Source: an uncultured Methanoregulaceae archaeon
GTDB taxonomy: Archaea; Halobacteriota; Methanomicrobia; Methanomicrobiales; Methanospirillaceae
Length of the DNA stretch: 64,000 bases
NCBI GenBank assembly: GCA_963699515.1
Contig: CAVOUD010000002.1
Location: forward strand, 98,549-162,548
Direction: 5' to 3'
In this document: positions 21,460-31,658 of the stretch, piece after piece
Layout of the letters: the number at the start of each line of letters is the position of its first letter
Position numbering within the stretch: the stretch's first letter is position 1
The notes under the pieces: generated by a model
The model's database searches: none
Told to the model about the DNA's origin: nothing
What the model saw: the letters and a program-made list of their open reading frames with translations, nothing else
Position numbers and translations under genes: made by a program

Positions 21460-21762
21460 ATGCACAGGGATCTCCTCGAGATAAAAACCGGAGGGTTCCT
21501 GTCAAAAACCACAGAGGTCAAGCTCGATAAAGCATTGGGAACCATCAAAGTGGTTTCAGCTCCCGGGGGAAAACAACTCCAGATGCAGTTTGAAGGGAGC
21601 GTTGAACCAACAAATATACCTGTTGCAAACGCCGAGAAATTGGAAGCGGCGATTAAAAGTGCATTGGCCGTCAGCGGTAATCTGTGGAAGCGGCAGTCCC
21701 GTTTCTGCACATATCTTTTTTATCGCATCTGCTGGTACCCGTTCATCATAGCTTTTTTTTAA
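21460..21762 (+). CDS. Small hypothetical protein (ends uncertain, possible indels)
   Basis: Protein-like core LLEIKTGGFLSKTTEVKL...EKLEAAIKSAL, directly after the radical SAM gene. Confidence 0.45.
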   Translation: MHRDLLEIKTGGFLSKTTEVKLDKALGTIKVVSAPGGKQLQMQFEGSVEPTNIPVANAEKLEAAIKSALAVSGNLWKRQSRFCTYLFYRICWYPFIIAFF

Positions 21763-21773
21763 CGAGAGAAATA

Positions 21774-21941
21774 TTATGGCAGGGGTATTCCTAAAAACAG
21801 GAAAATAATTGCAAGGAAAATAAAGATGATAATAAGCCATTTTCCAATCGTCCATGCTATCCTGCCAATAAATCCAAGAATCACAAATATAACGGCAATA
21901 ATGATGAACAGTATCCCAAGGGTTAAGAGCCAGTCAATAAT
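21774..21941 (-). CDS. Small two-TM membrane protein (DUF1328/UPF0391-like); not in the ORF track
   Basis: IIDWLLTLGILFIIIAVIFVILGFIGRIAWTIGKWLIIIFIFLAIIFLFLGIPLP*. GGTGA SD upstream, but only ATT is available as a start codon. Confidence 0.55.
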   Translation of the reverse strand: MIDWLLTLGILFIIIAVIFVILGFIGRIAWTIGKWLIIIFIFLAIIFLFLGIPLP

Positions 21942-22261
21942 TCGTTATCACCACTGCATGTCTGTTCACTACGTTTGGTTTTATAATTTACGCTGAATTG
22001 GGCTCTGAAGAGACATGCATGAACGAATCAGGTTTACCCCGGATCCATGAAAATCGATTTATCGAGAATCCCCCGCCTCAGGGCCTCTCCGAGGCACGGC
22101 GCTCCAAGAAGGTTTCAGCATTTTTTAGTCACTTAAACCGCCGCGGGGACGTCCCATCGGGAGCGGCGGCGTTCATCGCATTTGAAAGATGACGATCTCC
22201 CTGAATAACCGATTATCCATTTTTCATAGGAAAGACTCAATAACAAGCTGAACGCTCAACC

Positions 22262-22363
22262 GGGGTTTTACCCCCGCCCATAAAGGTCCCACAAAATGCG
22301 ATATCGACTGACTCGGGCGTCGCTATCATCTGGTTGGTACAGGGGACGGGCACGGTCCCCTCC
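22262..22363. repeat. Degenerate structured intergenic element, copy B (related to 2531-2645)
   Basis: Same ordered blocks and terminal hairpin as copy A. Confidence 0.55.
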
Positions 22364-22515
22364 TCCACCTTTCCTGTGCTTTTTATGCATATCATAATAA
22401 AAGGAATTCTCCAGAGCCCTGAATTGTTACTCTTACCGTACACTAAAAACAATGCACGGCGAAGGGACATAAAATCAGGGAAACTGATAAACTGGAAAGA
22501 TAGGAAAAAAGAGAA

Positions 22516-22827
22516 TTATCCGAACAGGGCACCAAGCCCTGCCATACCGCTCTCTTCGTCTTCCTTCTTGTGCTCTTCTGGTGCTTCTTCCTTTGCGGCG
22601 GGTGCTGCCTTGCCTGCTGCTGCGGGGGCAGGTGCGGCTGCAACCGGTGCTACGGCGGCCTTGCTGATTGCATCCTCGATGTTTACGCCATCGAGCGCTG
22701 CAATGAGTGCCTTTACGCGGGATTCGTCTGCTTTTACACCTGCGGCGGTAAGGACTGCCTTGACGCCATTCTCATCGACCTTCTTGCCTGCCTTGTGCAG
22801 AAGAAGTGCTGCATAGATATACTCCAT
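22516..22827 (-). CDS. rpl12: 50S ribosomal stalk protein P1 (L12)
   Basis: [11 protein letters not shown] start, Ala-rich hinge and GLGALFG end. Confidence 0.98.
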   Translation of the reverse strand: MEYIYAALLLHKAGKKVDENGVKAVLTAAGVKADESRVKALIAALDGVNIEDAISKAAVAPVAAAPAPAAAGKAAPAAKEEAPEEHKKEDEESGMAGLGALFG

Positions 22828-22851
22828 CTTGTTCACCTCAATTTCTGATAC

Positions 22852-23700
22852 TTATTTTACCAGGTTTTTAACTGCCTGGCTTTCTCTGTACGCTTTACCA
22901 ATAATCGCATCAACAACGTCTTTTTCATAGATCGCTGCTTCAACGGCAAGCCCTCGTGCATCCCTGACTGCTTTTGTCAGGATCGCACCCATCGTGTCCT
23001 TCGTCGGGATCGCTGCGTTAACCGACAGGTTGAATGCCTGAAGGCCCGCGAGCTGGATCTGTCCGAGAATAACGGTTTCGTCAACGGCAAGCACAGATGG
23101 CTCAAAGATATCACCATCATGGTATGCGACCTGCAATGCAAGTCCGACATCCATTGGTTTGATATCGAGTTTTGCCAGGATGGCTGCAAGTTTTGCCGAG
23201 ATGACCCCGCCTTTCTTTACAACGGTCTTGGTCTCTCGGATCTTGACCTTCCCGCCTTCAATTGCTGCGGGAATACCAGCCTGCTGAAGCTCCCCGACAA
23301 TCGGACCCGGCTTGAAACTGGTCGGACCCTTTTCGATGACGATGTCCTCCGGGGCTTTTTCGCCGGCCTTTGCCGCCATCTTTGTCTTGGTCTTTTCCAG
23401 CTGCTTGAAGAGCTTGAACGGGTTGTCGTTGGTGAAGATGAGTGCCGAGTGGCCGGACACATATTTTGTGAGTCCTTTCACATCGCCGCCAATGTCTTCG
23501 AACGCGTGCTTGATGAGCGTGTTCCGGGTCACCTTGATAACAGCCTTTCCGCGGAGGTTCCTGCGGATCTGCTGCACCTGCTGCGCCGGGATACCGTACA
23601 TATCAACAAGCCCGATCAGCGTGAACTTCTTTGCGTTCTCCTTGATATCAGCGACCTCGTCCTTCTTCCAGGAGGGGAGGTGGTGTGTATACAACGCCAT
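22852..23700 (-). CDS. rpl10: 50S ribosomal protein L10 / P0 (uL10)
   Basis: QQIRRNLRG and GPTSFKPGP motifs; operon context. Confidence 0.97.
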   Translation of the reverse strand: MALYTHHLPSWKKDEVADIKENAKKFTLIGLVDMYGIPAQQVQQIRRNLRGKAVIKVTRNTLIKHAFEDIGGDVKGLTKYVSGHSALIFTNDNPFKLFKQLEKTKTKMAAKAGEKAPEDIVIEKGPTSFKPGPIVGELQQAGIPAAIEGGKVKIRETKTVVKKGGVISAKLAAILAKLDIKPMDVGLALQVAYHDGDIFEPSVLAVDETVILGQIQLAGLQAFNLSVNAAIPTKDTMGAILTKAVRDARGLAVEAAIYEKDVVDAIIGKAYRESQAVKNLVK

Positions 23701-24344
23701 TATTCCAACCTCACTGCAGGACCCATAGTCGTCTTGACAAACACAGAACGGACATTCAGCGGACCCTGTTCGAGAACAGACTCGATCCTCTTGAGGATCG
23801 CTTCGATATTCTCAGCGACCTGTTCAGGTTTCATCGCAGTTGTTCCAACTTTTGTAGAAAAGACCGTCTTGTCTTTTGTCCTGATCTTAACCGAATTGCG
23901 CAAACGCTCAACAATCGGGCGGATATCTGTACTGCCTGCAATCGGCATCGGCATCCTGCCCCGCGGACCAAGCCGTGGACCTAAGAACCGTCCGACCTGT
24001 GGCATGACCGCCATCTCAGCAAGGAAGTACCGGTAGGTACTGGCAACTCTCCGTGCTTCGCGGGGTACACCGCCAAGCCGCTCAACTTCTTCAGGGCCGA
24101 TAATCAGATCAACCTTGGCATCCTTTGCCTGGGTGACAATATCTCCCTTCCCGATCACACAGATCCCAATTTTCTCGCCGATTCCGTGGGGAAGAAGAAT
24201 CGTCTCGTCAATACGATTTTTCGGCTGCGCCATATCGATATTCTTGAGATTGATGGTAATATCGATGCTCTCAGAGAATTTACGCTCTGGCGCTTTTTCA
24301 ATCGCCGTTTTCACGGCTTGTAAAATTTTGGCTCTATCAACCAT
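23700..24344 (-). CDS. rpl1: 50S ribosomal protein L1
   Basis: RKFSESID, LGPRGRMP and KTTMGP motifs. Confidence 0.98.
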   Translation of the reverse strand: MVDRAKILQAVKTAIEKAPERKFSESIDITINLKNIDMAQPKNRIDETILLPHGIGEKIGICVIGKGDIVTQAKDAKVDLIIGPEEVERLGGVPREARRVASTYRYFLAEMAVMPQVGRFLGPRLGPRGRMPMPIAGSTDIRPIVERLRNSVKIRTKDKTVFSTKVGTTAMKPEQVAENIEAILKRIESVLEQGPLNVRSVFVKTTMGPAVRLE

Positions 24345-24353
24345 CAGATTCCT

Positions 24354-24384
24354 CCATAGTTCACGACCTTTCGATCTCCTATGG
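24354..24384 (-). promoter_or_regulatory. Putative L1-binding translational operator upstream of rpl1
   Basis: Minus strand CCATAG-GA-GATC-GAAA-GGTC-GTGAA-CTATGG: two helices with an asymmetric GGAG/GAAC-type internal loop, overlapping the GGAGG SD. Confidence 0.7.
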
Positions 24385-24394
24385 TTTTCTCATG

Positions 24395-24871
24395 TTATTT
24401 CACGAGAACACTGTCATACTTGCCTTCAGCGATGGCAGCGAGCACTTCTTTCGGGCGCTTGCCGTCAACGTTCACTCCCATGCTCACGCACGTTCCGATG
24501 ACCTCTTTTACCGCGGTCTTCAGTTCGTAGGCAAGCATGCCTTCGAGTTTCATGTTGGCAATCCTGACAGCGGCCTCAAATGGTAGATTCCCTACCACTT
24601 TGACGTTGGGCTCTGCGGAACCTTTCTCGATATTAGCCTCTTTTTTAATGAGCGCCGTAGTGGGCGGTATACCCACCGTGACGGTGAAATTCTTCTTTGC
24701 GTCGACTTCAATCCTGACCGGGACCTGCATTCCGTTGAATGAGGCGGTCTTTTTATTGATCTCGTCGACAACTGCCTTCACGTTGATACCGAGTGGTCCG
24801 AGCGACGGTCCCAGGGGGGGACCAGCGGTAGCCTTTCCGCCGGGTACTAAAACCTCGACCACTTCTGCCAT
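24395..24871 (-). CDS. rpl11: 50S ribosomal protein L11
   Basis: [16 protein letters not shown] and GTCVSMG motifs. Confidence 0.98.
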   Translation of the reverse strand: MAEVVEVLVPGGKATAGPPLGPSLGPLGINVKAVVDEINKKTASFNGMQVPVRIEVDAKKNFTVTVGIPPTTALIKKEANIEKGSAEPNVKVVGNLPFEAAVRIANMKLEGMLAYELKTAVKEVIGTCVSMGVNVDGKRPKEVLAAIAEGKYDSVLVK

Positions 24872-24904
24872 AGTCTTTGCACCATGCCGTCCCGTAAATG
24901 GGCA

Positions 24905-25105
24905 CTAAGCTTGGGTCTGTATATTTTGACGTGAAGGGAAATAAAGGTGATCTCGTACGATTTGCCTTCTCTTATACGCGGGTATACCGTACCTTATTTC
25001 TTCATTTACGTCAGGAACGATCTCGCGCATCAGCGCACGCAACATCTCTACAACGGAGTGAAATTCTGGCAGAACCTGGGTCTTCACAAAATCATCGGTT
25101 GTCAT
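24905..25105 (-). pseudogene. Truncated DUF1801 (YdhG-like) gene fragment
   Basis: LRALMREIVPDVNEEIRYGIPAY matches the N-terminal half of the family; the C-terminal half is absent. Confidence 0.55.
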
Positions 25106-25181
25106 TGATTCTTTCTTCACAACGGTTCACCCGAAAACACCAGTACTCTGGTATTAAAAAAAGAAAACCGGACCGGATACT

Positions 25182-25706
25182 TTACCGGTCTTTGAATTTC
25201 TCGACCACACGGACGTTGTCGCCCCGTACGGTAATCGGGATAGGGACTATACTTTCGTACAGCTCGACGGTGATCTCTTCTTTTGCGGAATCAACGCGTT
25301 TGACGACGGCTTTCTCGCCTTTGAACGGGCCGGCGATCAGCTCAACGATCGTGCCTTCATCAATACCGGCGACAACCGGTTTTGGAATAAGGAAGTGCCC
25401 GACTTCAGCAAGGGTCGTCTCACCTTTGATCACTGTACGCGCATGTGCAACCTTTTCCACGAGCTGTTCAATCCTGTTCAGCTTTTCGGGAGTTTCAACG
25501 AGAACATAGCCCTGCAGCTCGTTGGGAACAATGATGGCGGTTACCTTGACATCGGTCGCTTTGGTGTCTATTGCCTTCAAGATGTTATCAGCTACGGTAC
25601 GCTCCTGTTTGGAGGTCGTTTTAATCGCAAAGATGCGGTTGATAAAGACCTCCGGCTCTGCGGGAAGCTGAGGCGCTCTGGGTGCGGGGGGTGTTGGTTG
25701 CGTCAT
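25182..25706 (-). CDS. spt5: Transcription elongation factor Spt5 (NusG)
   Basis: NGN domain (QERTVA, GYVLVE) plus KOW (GPFKGEKAVV). Confidence 0.97.
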   Translation of the reverse strand: MTQPTPPAPRAPQLPAEPEVFINRIFAIKTTSKQERTVADNILKAIDTKATDVKVTAIIVPNELQGYVLVETPEKLNRIEQLVEKVAHARTVIKGETTLAEVGHFLIPKPVVAGIDEGTIVELIAGPFKGEKAVVKRVDSAKEEITVELYESIVPIPITVRGDNVRVVEKFKDR

Positions 25707-25711
25707 ACCAA

Positions 25712-25912
25712 TCAGTAGGGTAATAATACGAAGAACTCGTAGATGATGAATCCGATCAGTCCGACAAGCAAGACACCCGCGGCAGCGACGGTCGCGATCT
25801 TGGTAAACTCTTCCCGGGTAGGGGTGCGTGCGAGTTTTAACACCCGCCAGTATTTCCGGAATAACTCCTCGTGGAGTATATCGACTTTGAGGTCAGGTTT
25901 TGAAATTTCCAT
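25712..25912 (-). CDS. secE: Protein translocase subunit SecE / Sec61gamma
   Basis: [16 protein letters not shown] followed by a TM helix. Confidence 0.95.
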   Translation of the reverse strand: MEISKPDLKVDILHEELFRKYWRVLKLARTPTREEFTKIATVAAAGVLLVGLIGFIIYEFFVLLPY

Positions 25913-25918
25913 ATCTGC

Positions 25919-27010
25919 TCACTTGAGAAAATCAATCTCAAACTGTTTCTGTACTTTGGGGGTAAGCTTCTCATTACGACCATATATTTGTGGCGACCGT
26001 ACTCCCGTGACTACCAGCAGGGTCCGCATCTTATTCTGCATTGCGGGGTCGATCTGTGCACCCCAGATGATCCGCGCACCCGGGTCAACACGGTTGAAGA
26101 CTTCCTGTACCACACCTTCTGCCTCTTCCATGGTCATATCCGGCCCGCCGACCACGTTAACGAGTGCCGCGGTTGCACCGCTGATATCCACATCAAGGAG
26201 CGGAGAGCGGATCGCCTTTTTGACCGAGTCTGCCGCTTTGTCCTCGCTGTCACTCTCGCCCATGCCGATCATGGCGACACCGCCACGCTCCATAACGGTG
26301 CGCACATCCGCAAAGTCCAGATTGACCAAACCGGGCATGGTAATCAGTTCCGTAATCCCCTTAACCGCACGCATGAGAACTTCATCGGCAACCTTGAAGG
26401 CGGCATAGAGAGGGAGCTTCGGTACGACTTCGAGCAGCCGGTCATTCGGCACAACAATAACCGTGTCTGCCACATCCCTGAGACGCTCAAGCCCTGCCTC
26501 TGCATTCTCCATGCGGATGGCACCTTCCGCAGAAAAGGGCAGGGTAACGATGGCAATAGTCAGTGCCCCTTCTTCCCGGGCAGCCTTCGCCACAACCGGG
26601 GCGACACCAGTACCAGTACCGCCACCGAGACCAACCGTAATAAAGACCATATCAGAACCAGATACAGTCGCCCGGATCTCCTGCTCGTTTTCCAGTGCCG
26701 CCTCTTCACCGATCTGGGGGATGGAACCGGCACCGAGACCCCGGGTTCGCTGCCTGCCGACAAGGATACGCTGGTCTGCCTGGGTGCGGATAAGGTGCTG
26801 GGCATCCGTATTGATTGCAATGAGTTTTGCCCCGTGGATGCCTTCCTCCATCATGCGGGAGATCGTGTTCGATCCTCCGCCACCACAGCCAATCACGGTG
26901 ATTTCGGTCTTGAGCTCGGCCAGGATCTGGTCGAGGTCTTCGTTATTCTGCGATGGTAAAACGGTTTCGTCCCTCGCCTTAGTAAGTGCCTCTTCAACAA
27001 TTGACCTCAT
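25919..27010 (-). CDS. ftsZ: Cell division protein FtsZ (FtsZ1-type context)
   Basis: [15 protein letters not shown] and NLDFAD motifs. Confidence 0.98.
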   Translation of the reverse strand: MRSIVEEALTKARDETVLPSQNNEDLDQILAELKTEITVIGCGGGGSNTISRMMEEGIHGAKLIAINTDAQHLIRTQADQRILVGRQRTRGLGAGSIPQIGEEAALENEQEIRATVSGSDMVFITVGLGGGTGTGVAPVVAKAAREEGALTIAIVTLPFSAEGAIRMENAEAGLERLRDVADTVIVVPNDRLLEVVPKLPLYAAFKVADEVLMRAVKGITELITMPGLVNLDFADVRTVMERGGVAMIGMGESDSEDKAADSVKKAIRSPLLDVDISGATAALVNVVGGPDMTMEEAEGVVQEVFNRVDPGARIIWGAQIDPAMQNKMRTLLVVTGVRSPQIYGRNEKLTPKVQKQFEIDFLK

Positions 27011-28323
27011 GAAAACTTCTCCAACCCCGGGATGTGGATGGTAATTTCACTGCAGGAAGACACCATGTCAGGAGTAATCATCCTGCCATCGATCTCGACT
27101 GCCTGACCGGCCACCAGGTGCTTGTAGGAAGGTCCTGCGGGTATCCCCAGTTCACGCGCTTTATGGGGATCGAACCTTACCTTATGTATGATCAGGGTAT
27201 CTTTCTCCGTTGCAGTGATCTCTTTGTTACGTATGATTTTCACGCACAATGTATTTAAATCATTTATTATTTGTGAAGAATGATCTTCATACGTTATAAA
27301 TTCCGGAAGAATGCGGTTATCGTGTGTGGAAAGGTGAACGACCGGCAGGTTACCCAGCGATTGTATCAGTCCCGTCTCATCAGATTTCACAGTTTCACCT
27401 AGTAAATCCGTATTTACCCTGACCGTACACAGTGTCCCCTCCCCTTTCAGATCATGGATGTAGCACCGTACACCTGAAGAGACCTGCTCTGCCATCGCCC
27501 GTACAGCCTGGTAGGTGTCCCAGGAAAGGTGCCCCATTGCCATGATCTCACTCTCCGATAACCGGAGAATCGAGAGCCGGTTGAGCATACCGGATAGATT
27601 GTTGAGTTCTTCGCTATCCAGCGCTTTCCGGTCAATATATGCGGCAACAGCCCCGCTTTTTACCATCATTGCATGTACCAGCTCCTCATCAAGCATCGGA
27701 ATTTCCCGGGTATGAGCGATATGCCCGAACGCCCCGCGGGAGGTAAGGGCAATCTCAGTCTCCCGTGTCGCATAGTGGGTACCACCAAACCCAATAAGAG
27801 GCACCGGATTCACCGGAGACGCAGACAACACACTTTCAGCGACAGCTCGGGCAGCAATAGGATCTGTCCATTCCTTCTCCGTACTCCCGATTTCGACAAA
27901 GAATGAAGGGTGTGAAAGTCCGGTCGGTCCATGGTGGGTGACTTCATAGGATACGCGATATCCTTCAGGACAGTGCTTTCTGAGCGCACGGAGCGTTGCC
28001 TGCATCATCGCGGGGGCTGCAGGCGCAAGCGTGCGGGGAGTTCCTCCAACCTCTGCGGTACCAAAATTTCCGGTCACATGCACGGTAAGGACCGGAACGG
28101 GATTGGCACTATAATGCCGTGAGAGAAATATCAGAAGATCTGCATCGATCTGTGTATCAATATGTTCAGCATGGATCAGCCGCTCAGCCACCTCATAAAA
28201 ATCATACGTATGATCCCTGCCGCCGTCCCCGTCAGGGGCATTAGAGTTAAGGAGGTGTTCGATGTGGTGCCGGATATTCACCCCCGCCTTGTCCTGCCGG
28301 GAGTTGATGAGAGCGACCTTCAT
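27007..28323 (-). CDS. dtdA: D-aminoacyl-tRNA deacylase (DTD2/DtdA) with C-terminal extension
   Basis: [25 protein letters not shown] and GFGGTHY motifs; upstream of ftsZ. Confidence 0.93.
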   Translation of the reverse strand: MKVALINSRQDKAGVNIRHHIEHLLNSNAPDGDGGRDHTYDFYEVAERLIHAEHIDTQIDADLLIFLSRHYSANPVPVLTVHVTGNFGTAEVGGTPRTLAPAAPAMMQATLRALRKHCPEGYRVSYEVTHHGPTGLSHPSFFVEIGSTEKEWTDPIAARAVAESVLSASPVNPVPLIGFGGTHYATRETEIALTSRGAFGHIAHTREIPMLDEELVHAMMVKSGAVAAYIDRKALDSEELNNLSGMLNRLSILRLSESEIMAMGHLSWDTYQAVRAMAEQVSSGVRCYIHDLKGEGTLCTVRVNTDLLGETVKSDETGLIQSLGNLPVVHLSTHDNRILPEFITYEDHSSQIINDLNTLCVKIIRNKEITATEKDTLIIHKVRFDPHKARELGIPAGPSYKHLVAGQAVEIDGRMITPDMVSSCSEITIHIPGLEKFS

Positions 28324-28413
28324 GTACGTAAAGATTAGCAGTTGATCACGATTAAGAGTCTCGTGGTGTATGAAAGGTAAACACTATGATGAAGTACACA
28401 GCATAGTGTTACC

Positions 28414-28590
28414 ATGGACGCAGACAAGATTGAACAGGCATTCAAGAGTGCAGGAATCGAGAAAACCATCACCTGCCCGGAGGCATTCTCCATCGCTGCA
28501 AAGTACCGCATCCCCAAAAAGGATATCAGCGAGTACTGTAATGCACACGGTATCAAGATCCGCGGCTGTCAGCTGGGCTGCTTCAAATGA
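28414..28590 (+). CDS. 58-aa Cys-rich small protein ending CQLGCFK; not in the ORF track
   Basis: MDADKIEQAFKSAGIEKTITCPEAFSIAAKYRIPKKDISEYCNAHGIKIRGCQLGCFK*. Its stop overlaps the moeA start (ATGA). Confidence 0.8.
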   Translation: MDADKIEQAFKSAGIEKTITCPEAFSIAAKYRIPKKDISEYCNAHGIKIRGCQLGCFK

Positions 28591-29792
28591 GGCTTTTTTT
28601 ACAGGTAGTTTCAGTTTCAACGGCGATCGAAAAGATCAGGAATCTTGCTGTACGCTGTGGTGATGAAACGGTCCCACTCTTCATGGCACTCCACCGCATT
28701 CTCGCAGAGGATGTACGTGCTGATGTTGACATTCCCGGCTTCACCCGCTCTGTCGTAGACGGGTACGCAATACAAGCTGCCGATACCACGGGTTCAAGCG
28801 ATGCCATCCCCTCGATATTTCCCCTTCGTGGCAGAGTTGCAATGGGAGCCTCTGCGGGCATTGCCCTGCGATCGGGTGAATGCATCTATGTTCCTACTGG
28901 AGGAATCCTCCCGGAAGGTGCTGATGCGGTGGTCATGATTGAACATGCCGAACAGATAGGTAACGAAATCCTCGTAAAAAAACCTGTTGCCCATGGGGAA
29001 AACATACTCTTTTTTAACGAGGACTTTTCCTCAGGAGACGTTGTTTGTACAAGAGGGCGAAGGCTTTCCCCACAGGATATTGGCGTTCTTGCCGCCGCAG
29101 GGTGCATTGATGTGCCGGTTGTCAGGATACCCCAAATCGGGATACTCTCCACCGGAAATGAACTGGTACCCGTGAACGTACGGCCACTGCCTGGACAAGT
29201 GCGGGATGTTAACTCATATGTGGTTGCCTCATTCGTACGTGAACAGGGATGCACACCTGTACTCTATGGGATTGTGCAGGATGATCGGGAGAAACTTCAT
29301 TCTGCTATCAGCAATGCAGCCAAAGAATGCGATGCTGTCCTGATCTCCGGAGGCAGTTCCAAAGATGACCGCGACTTGGTAGCGGCGATTATCAGCGAGC
29401 AGGGCGAGGTCCTGATCCACGGCATTGCAATTTCTCCCGGCAAACCCACCATTATCGGGAGATATGGGAATATACCGGTCATCGGGCTGCCCGGCCACCC
29501 TGCTTCTGCCTTCATCGTCCTCGTTGCAATTATCCGTTACCTTTTTGCAGGAATGACCGGTGAAACGGATAGCGGAGTGCGATCAGTACAGGCTACGCTT
29601 GGTCAGAATGTGTCATCGTCAAAGGGCAGGGAGGATTATGTGCGGGTTGCAGTGAAGAATGGGATTGCAACACCCCTTTTCGGAAAATCCGGGCTGCTCA
29701 ATACCCTGGTAAAGAGCACCGGCATGGTACGGATTCCTGCCGAAAGTGAGGGGCTTGAAACCGGAACACTGGTTGAGGTGATTGTGTGGTAA
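28587..29792 (+). CDS. moeA: Molybdopterin molybdenumtransferase MoeA
   Basis: SVVDGYA, STGNEL, SGGSS, PGKP and GLPGHP motifs. Confidence 0.95.
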   Translation: MRLFLQVVSVSTAIEKIRNLAVRCGDETVPLFMALHRILAEDVRADVDIPGFTRSVVDGYAIQAADTTGSSDAIPSIFPLRGRVAMGASAGIALRSGECIYVPTGGILPEGADAVVMIEHAEQIGNEILVKKPVAHGENILFFNEDFSSGDVVCTRGRRLSPQDIGVLAAAGCIDVPVVRIPQIGILSTGNELVPVNVRPLPGQVRDVNSYVVASFVREQGCTPVLYGIVQDDREKLHSAISNAAKECDAVLISGGSSKDDRDLVAAIISEQGEVLIHGIAISPGKPTIIGRYGNIPVIGLPGHPASAFIVLVAIIRYLFAGMTGETDSGVRSVQATLGQNVSSSKGREDYVRVAVKNGIATPLFGKSGLLNTLVKSTGMVRIPAESEGLETGTLVEVIVW

Positions 29793-31641
29793 AACGCTAT
29801 CTCACCGTGACTTCGCTGGCAGAGACACTCTCACTCCTTCGCTCCGGGTTTACCTGCACACCGACACGCGAGATTGTCCCCCTGCTCAAATCTGTCGGGC
29901 GGGTAACGGCAGAACCCATCTTTGCCCGGTATTCGGTACCTGAAGTCCACCTTGCAGCGATGGACGGTATCGCAGTCGAAAGCAAAGAGACCCGGGGAGC
30001 AGGCGAACAGCACCCGGTTACGCTGAAGCAGGCAGTGAGAGTGAACACCGGTAATGTTGTGCCACCCCCCTATGATGCGGTGATCATGATCGAGGATGTG
30101 CATATCGATCATGAGCAGTTTACCATCCGCAAATCAGCCCCGCCATGGCAGCATGTACGCCCTGCAGGTGAAGACATAGGAGAGTCTGAGATGGCATTGC
30201 CGTCACACCACCTTATCCGCCCGCCTGATCTCGGTGCTCTTGCCGCTTATGGCATCACTGAAGTGCCTGTGCTCACGGTACGGATCGGGTTGATCCCGAC
30301 AGGAAGTGAGCTCGTCCCCCGCGGGGATCTCCCTGCACCCGGTCAGGTAGTAGAGAGCAACACCGTGATGGCAGAAGCGATGCTGGGCATGCTCGGTGCA
30401 CGCTGTACACGCTACCCCATGGTGAAAGACGACCTGGCGCTGATCAGGAAAGCGCTGCAGCGTGCGGTTGAGGAGAATGATCTTGTAATTATCTCTGCAG
30501 GATCATCGGCCGGTACAAAAGACTTCACTGCAGAAGTGATAGCAGACCTCGGGGAGGTGCTGATCCACGGGGTTGCCATCAAACCCGGTAAACCAGCGAT
30601 CATCGGGAGGATCAATAAAAAAGCGGTCATCGGCATGCCGGGATATCCCCTTTCAGCGTTGACGGTACTCCGCGAGATCGTGACACCGCTTGTTCACCAG
30701 TTCGGACTTCCCGTAGCCTCGTTTGGCACGGTAGACGCCTGTTTTACCGTTTCGATCTCCAAGGATATCGGAAGTGACGAGTTTGTCCTGTGCTCCTTGG
30801 GACACGTGGGGGACCGCTGGGTTCTCTCTCCTTTATCACGAGGTGCCGGGGTCCAGATGAGTGCGGTGCGGTCAAACGCATACCTGAAGATTCCGGCCGG
30901 TGTCGAAGGCTACGAAGCAGGAACACTGGTGACTGCAGAATTAACGGTTTCTCAGGCTGATGCGGAACGGGCGCTCCTCTTTACCGGGAGCCACGATCCT
31001 CTGGTTGATTATCTTGCTGATCTCCTCTCGCAAAAGGAAGTCGACCTTCACTCCACCCACGTGGGAAGCATGGGCGGGATCCTTGCCCTGAAAAAGAATG
31101 AATGCCATGCAGCCCCGATGCACCTGCTGGCTGATGATGGTGACTACAACATCCCGTACCTGCATAAATACCTGCCCGGAGAAGATGTTGTTCTTATCTG
31201 TGTCACGGAGCGGCACCAGGGAATAATCTCAACGGACGGTATCGGCTTCGATGCACTGTCCAGCCACACGTTTGTAAACAGGCAGCGGGGTTCCGGCACC
31301 CGGATGCTTCTCGATCACCTGCTCAGGAAGGACCTGATCGACCCATCAAGATCCGGGGGTATGAGCGCGAAGTGACCACGCACCTCGCTGTAGCCCTTGC
31401 CGTGAAATCCGGAGAAGCTGATGCGGGGATGGGGGTTTATAGTGCAGCAAAGGCACTCGGGCTCCGGTTCATTCCGGTGGCATCGGAACGCTACGAGATC
31501 GCGATACGCCGCGAGCATCTTGAGGATCCAAGGGTATCGGAACTCTGCGATACACTGGGCTCGCCCGCATTTAAGGAGATCCTGGAGAAGCTTGGGGGCT
31601 ACGATACCAGGGAGACTGGTGTTCGGCGTGAACTGCCATGA
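29786..31641 (+). CDS. moeA: MoeA fused to a periplasmic-binding-protein-like (PBP) domain (apparent frameshift near 31348)
   Basis: AAMDGIA, TGSEL and KPGKP, then GSHD, VGSMGG and NRQRGSGTR. The C-terminus (THLAVA...LGGYD) is in the next frame. Confidence 0.9.
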
Positions 31642-31658
31642 GTACTACACTCTCCCCG

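Noticed and set aside
23119-26959. Long antisense ORFs (e.g. 23119-24036, 25988-26959) opposite ribosomal and ftsZ genes
   Set aside because: Shadow ORFs expected from codon bias in highly expressed genes; no motifs.
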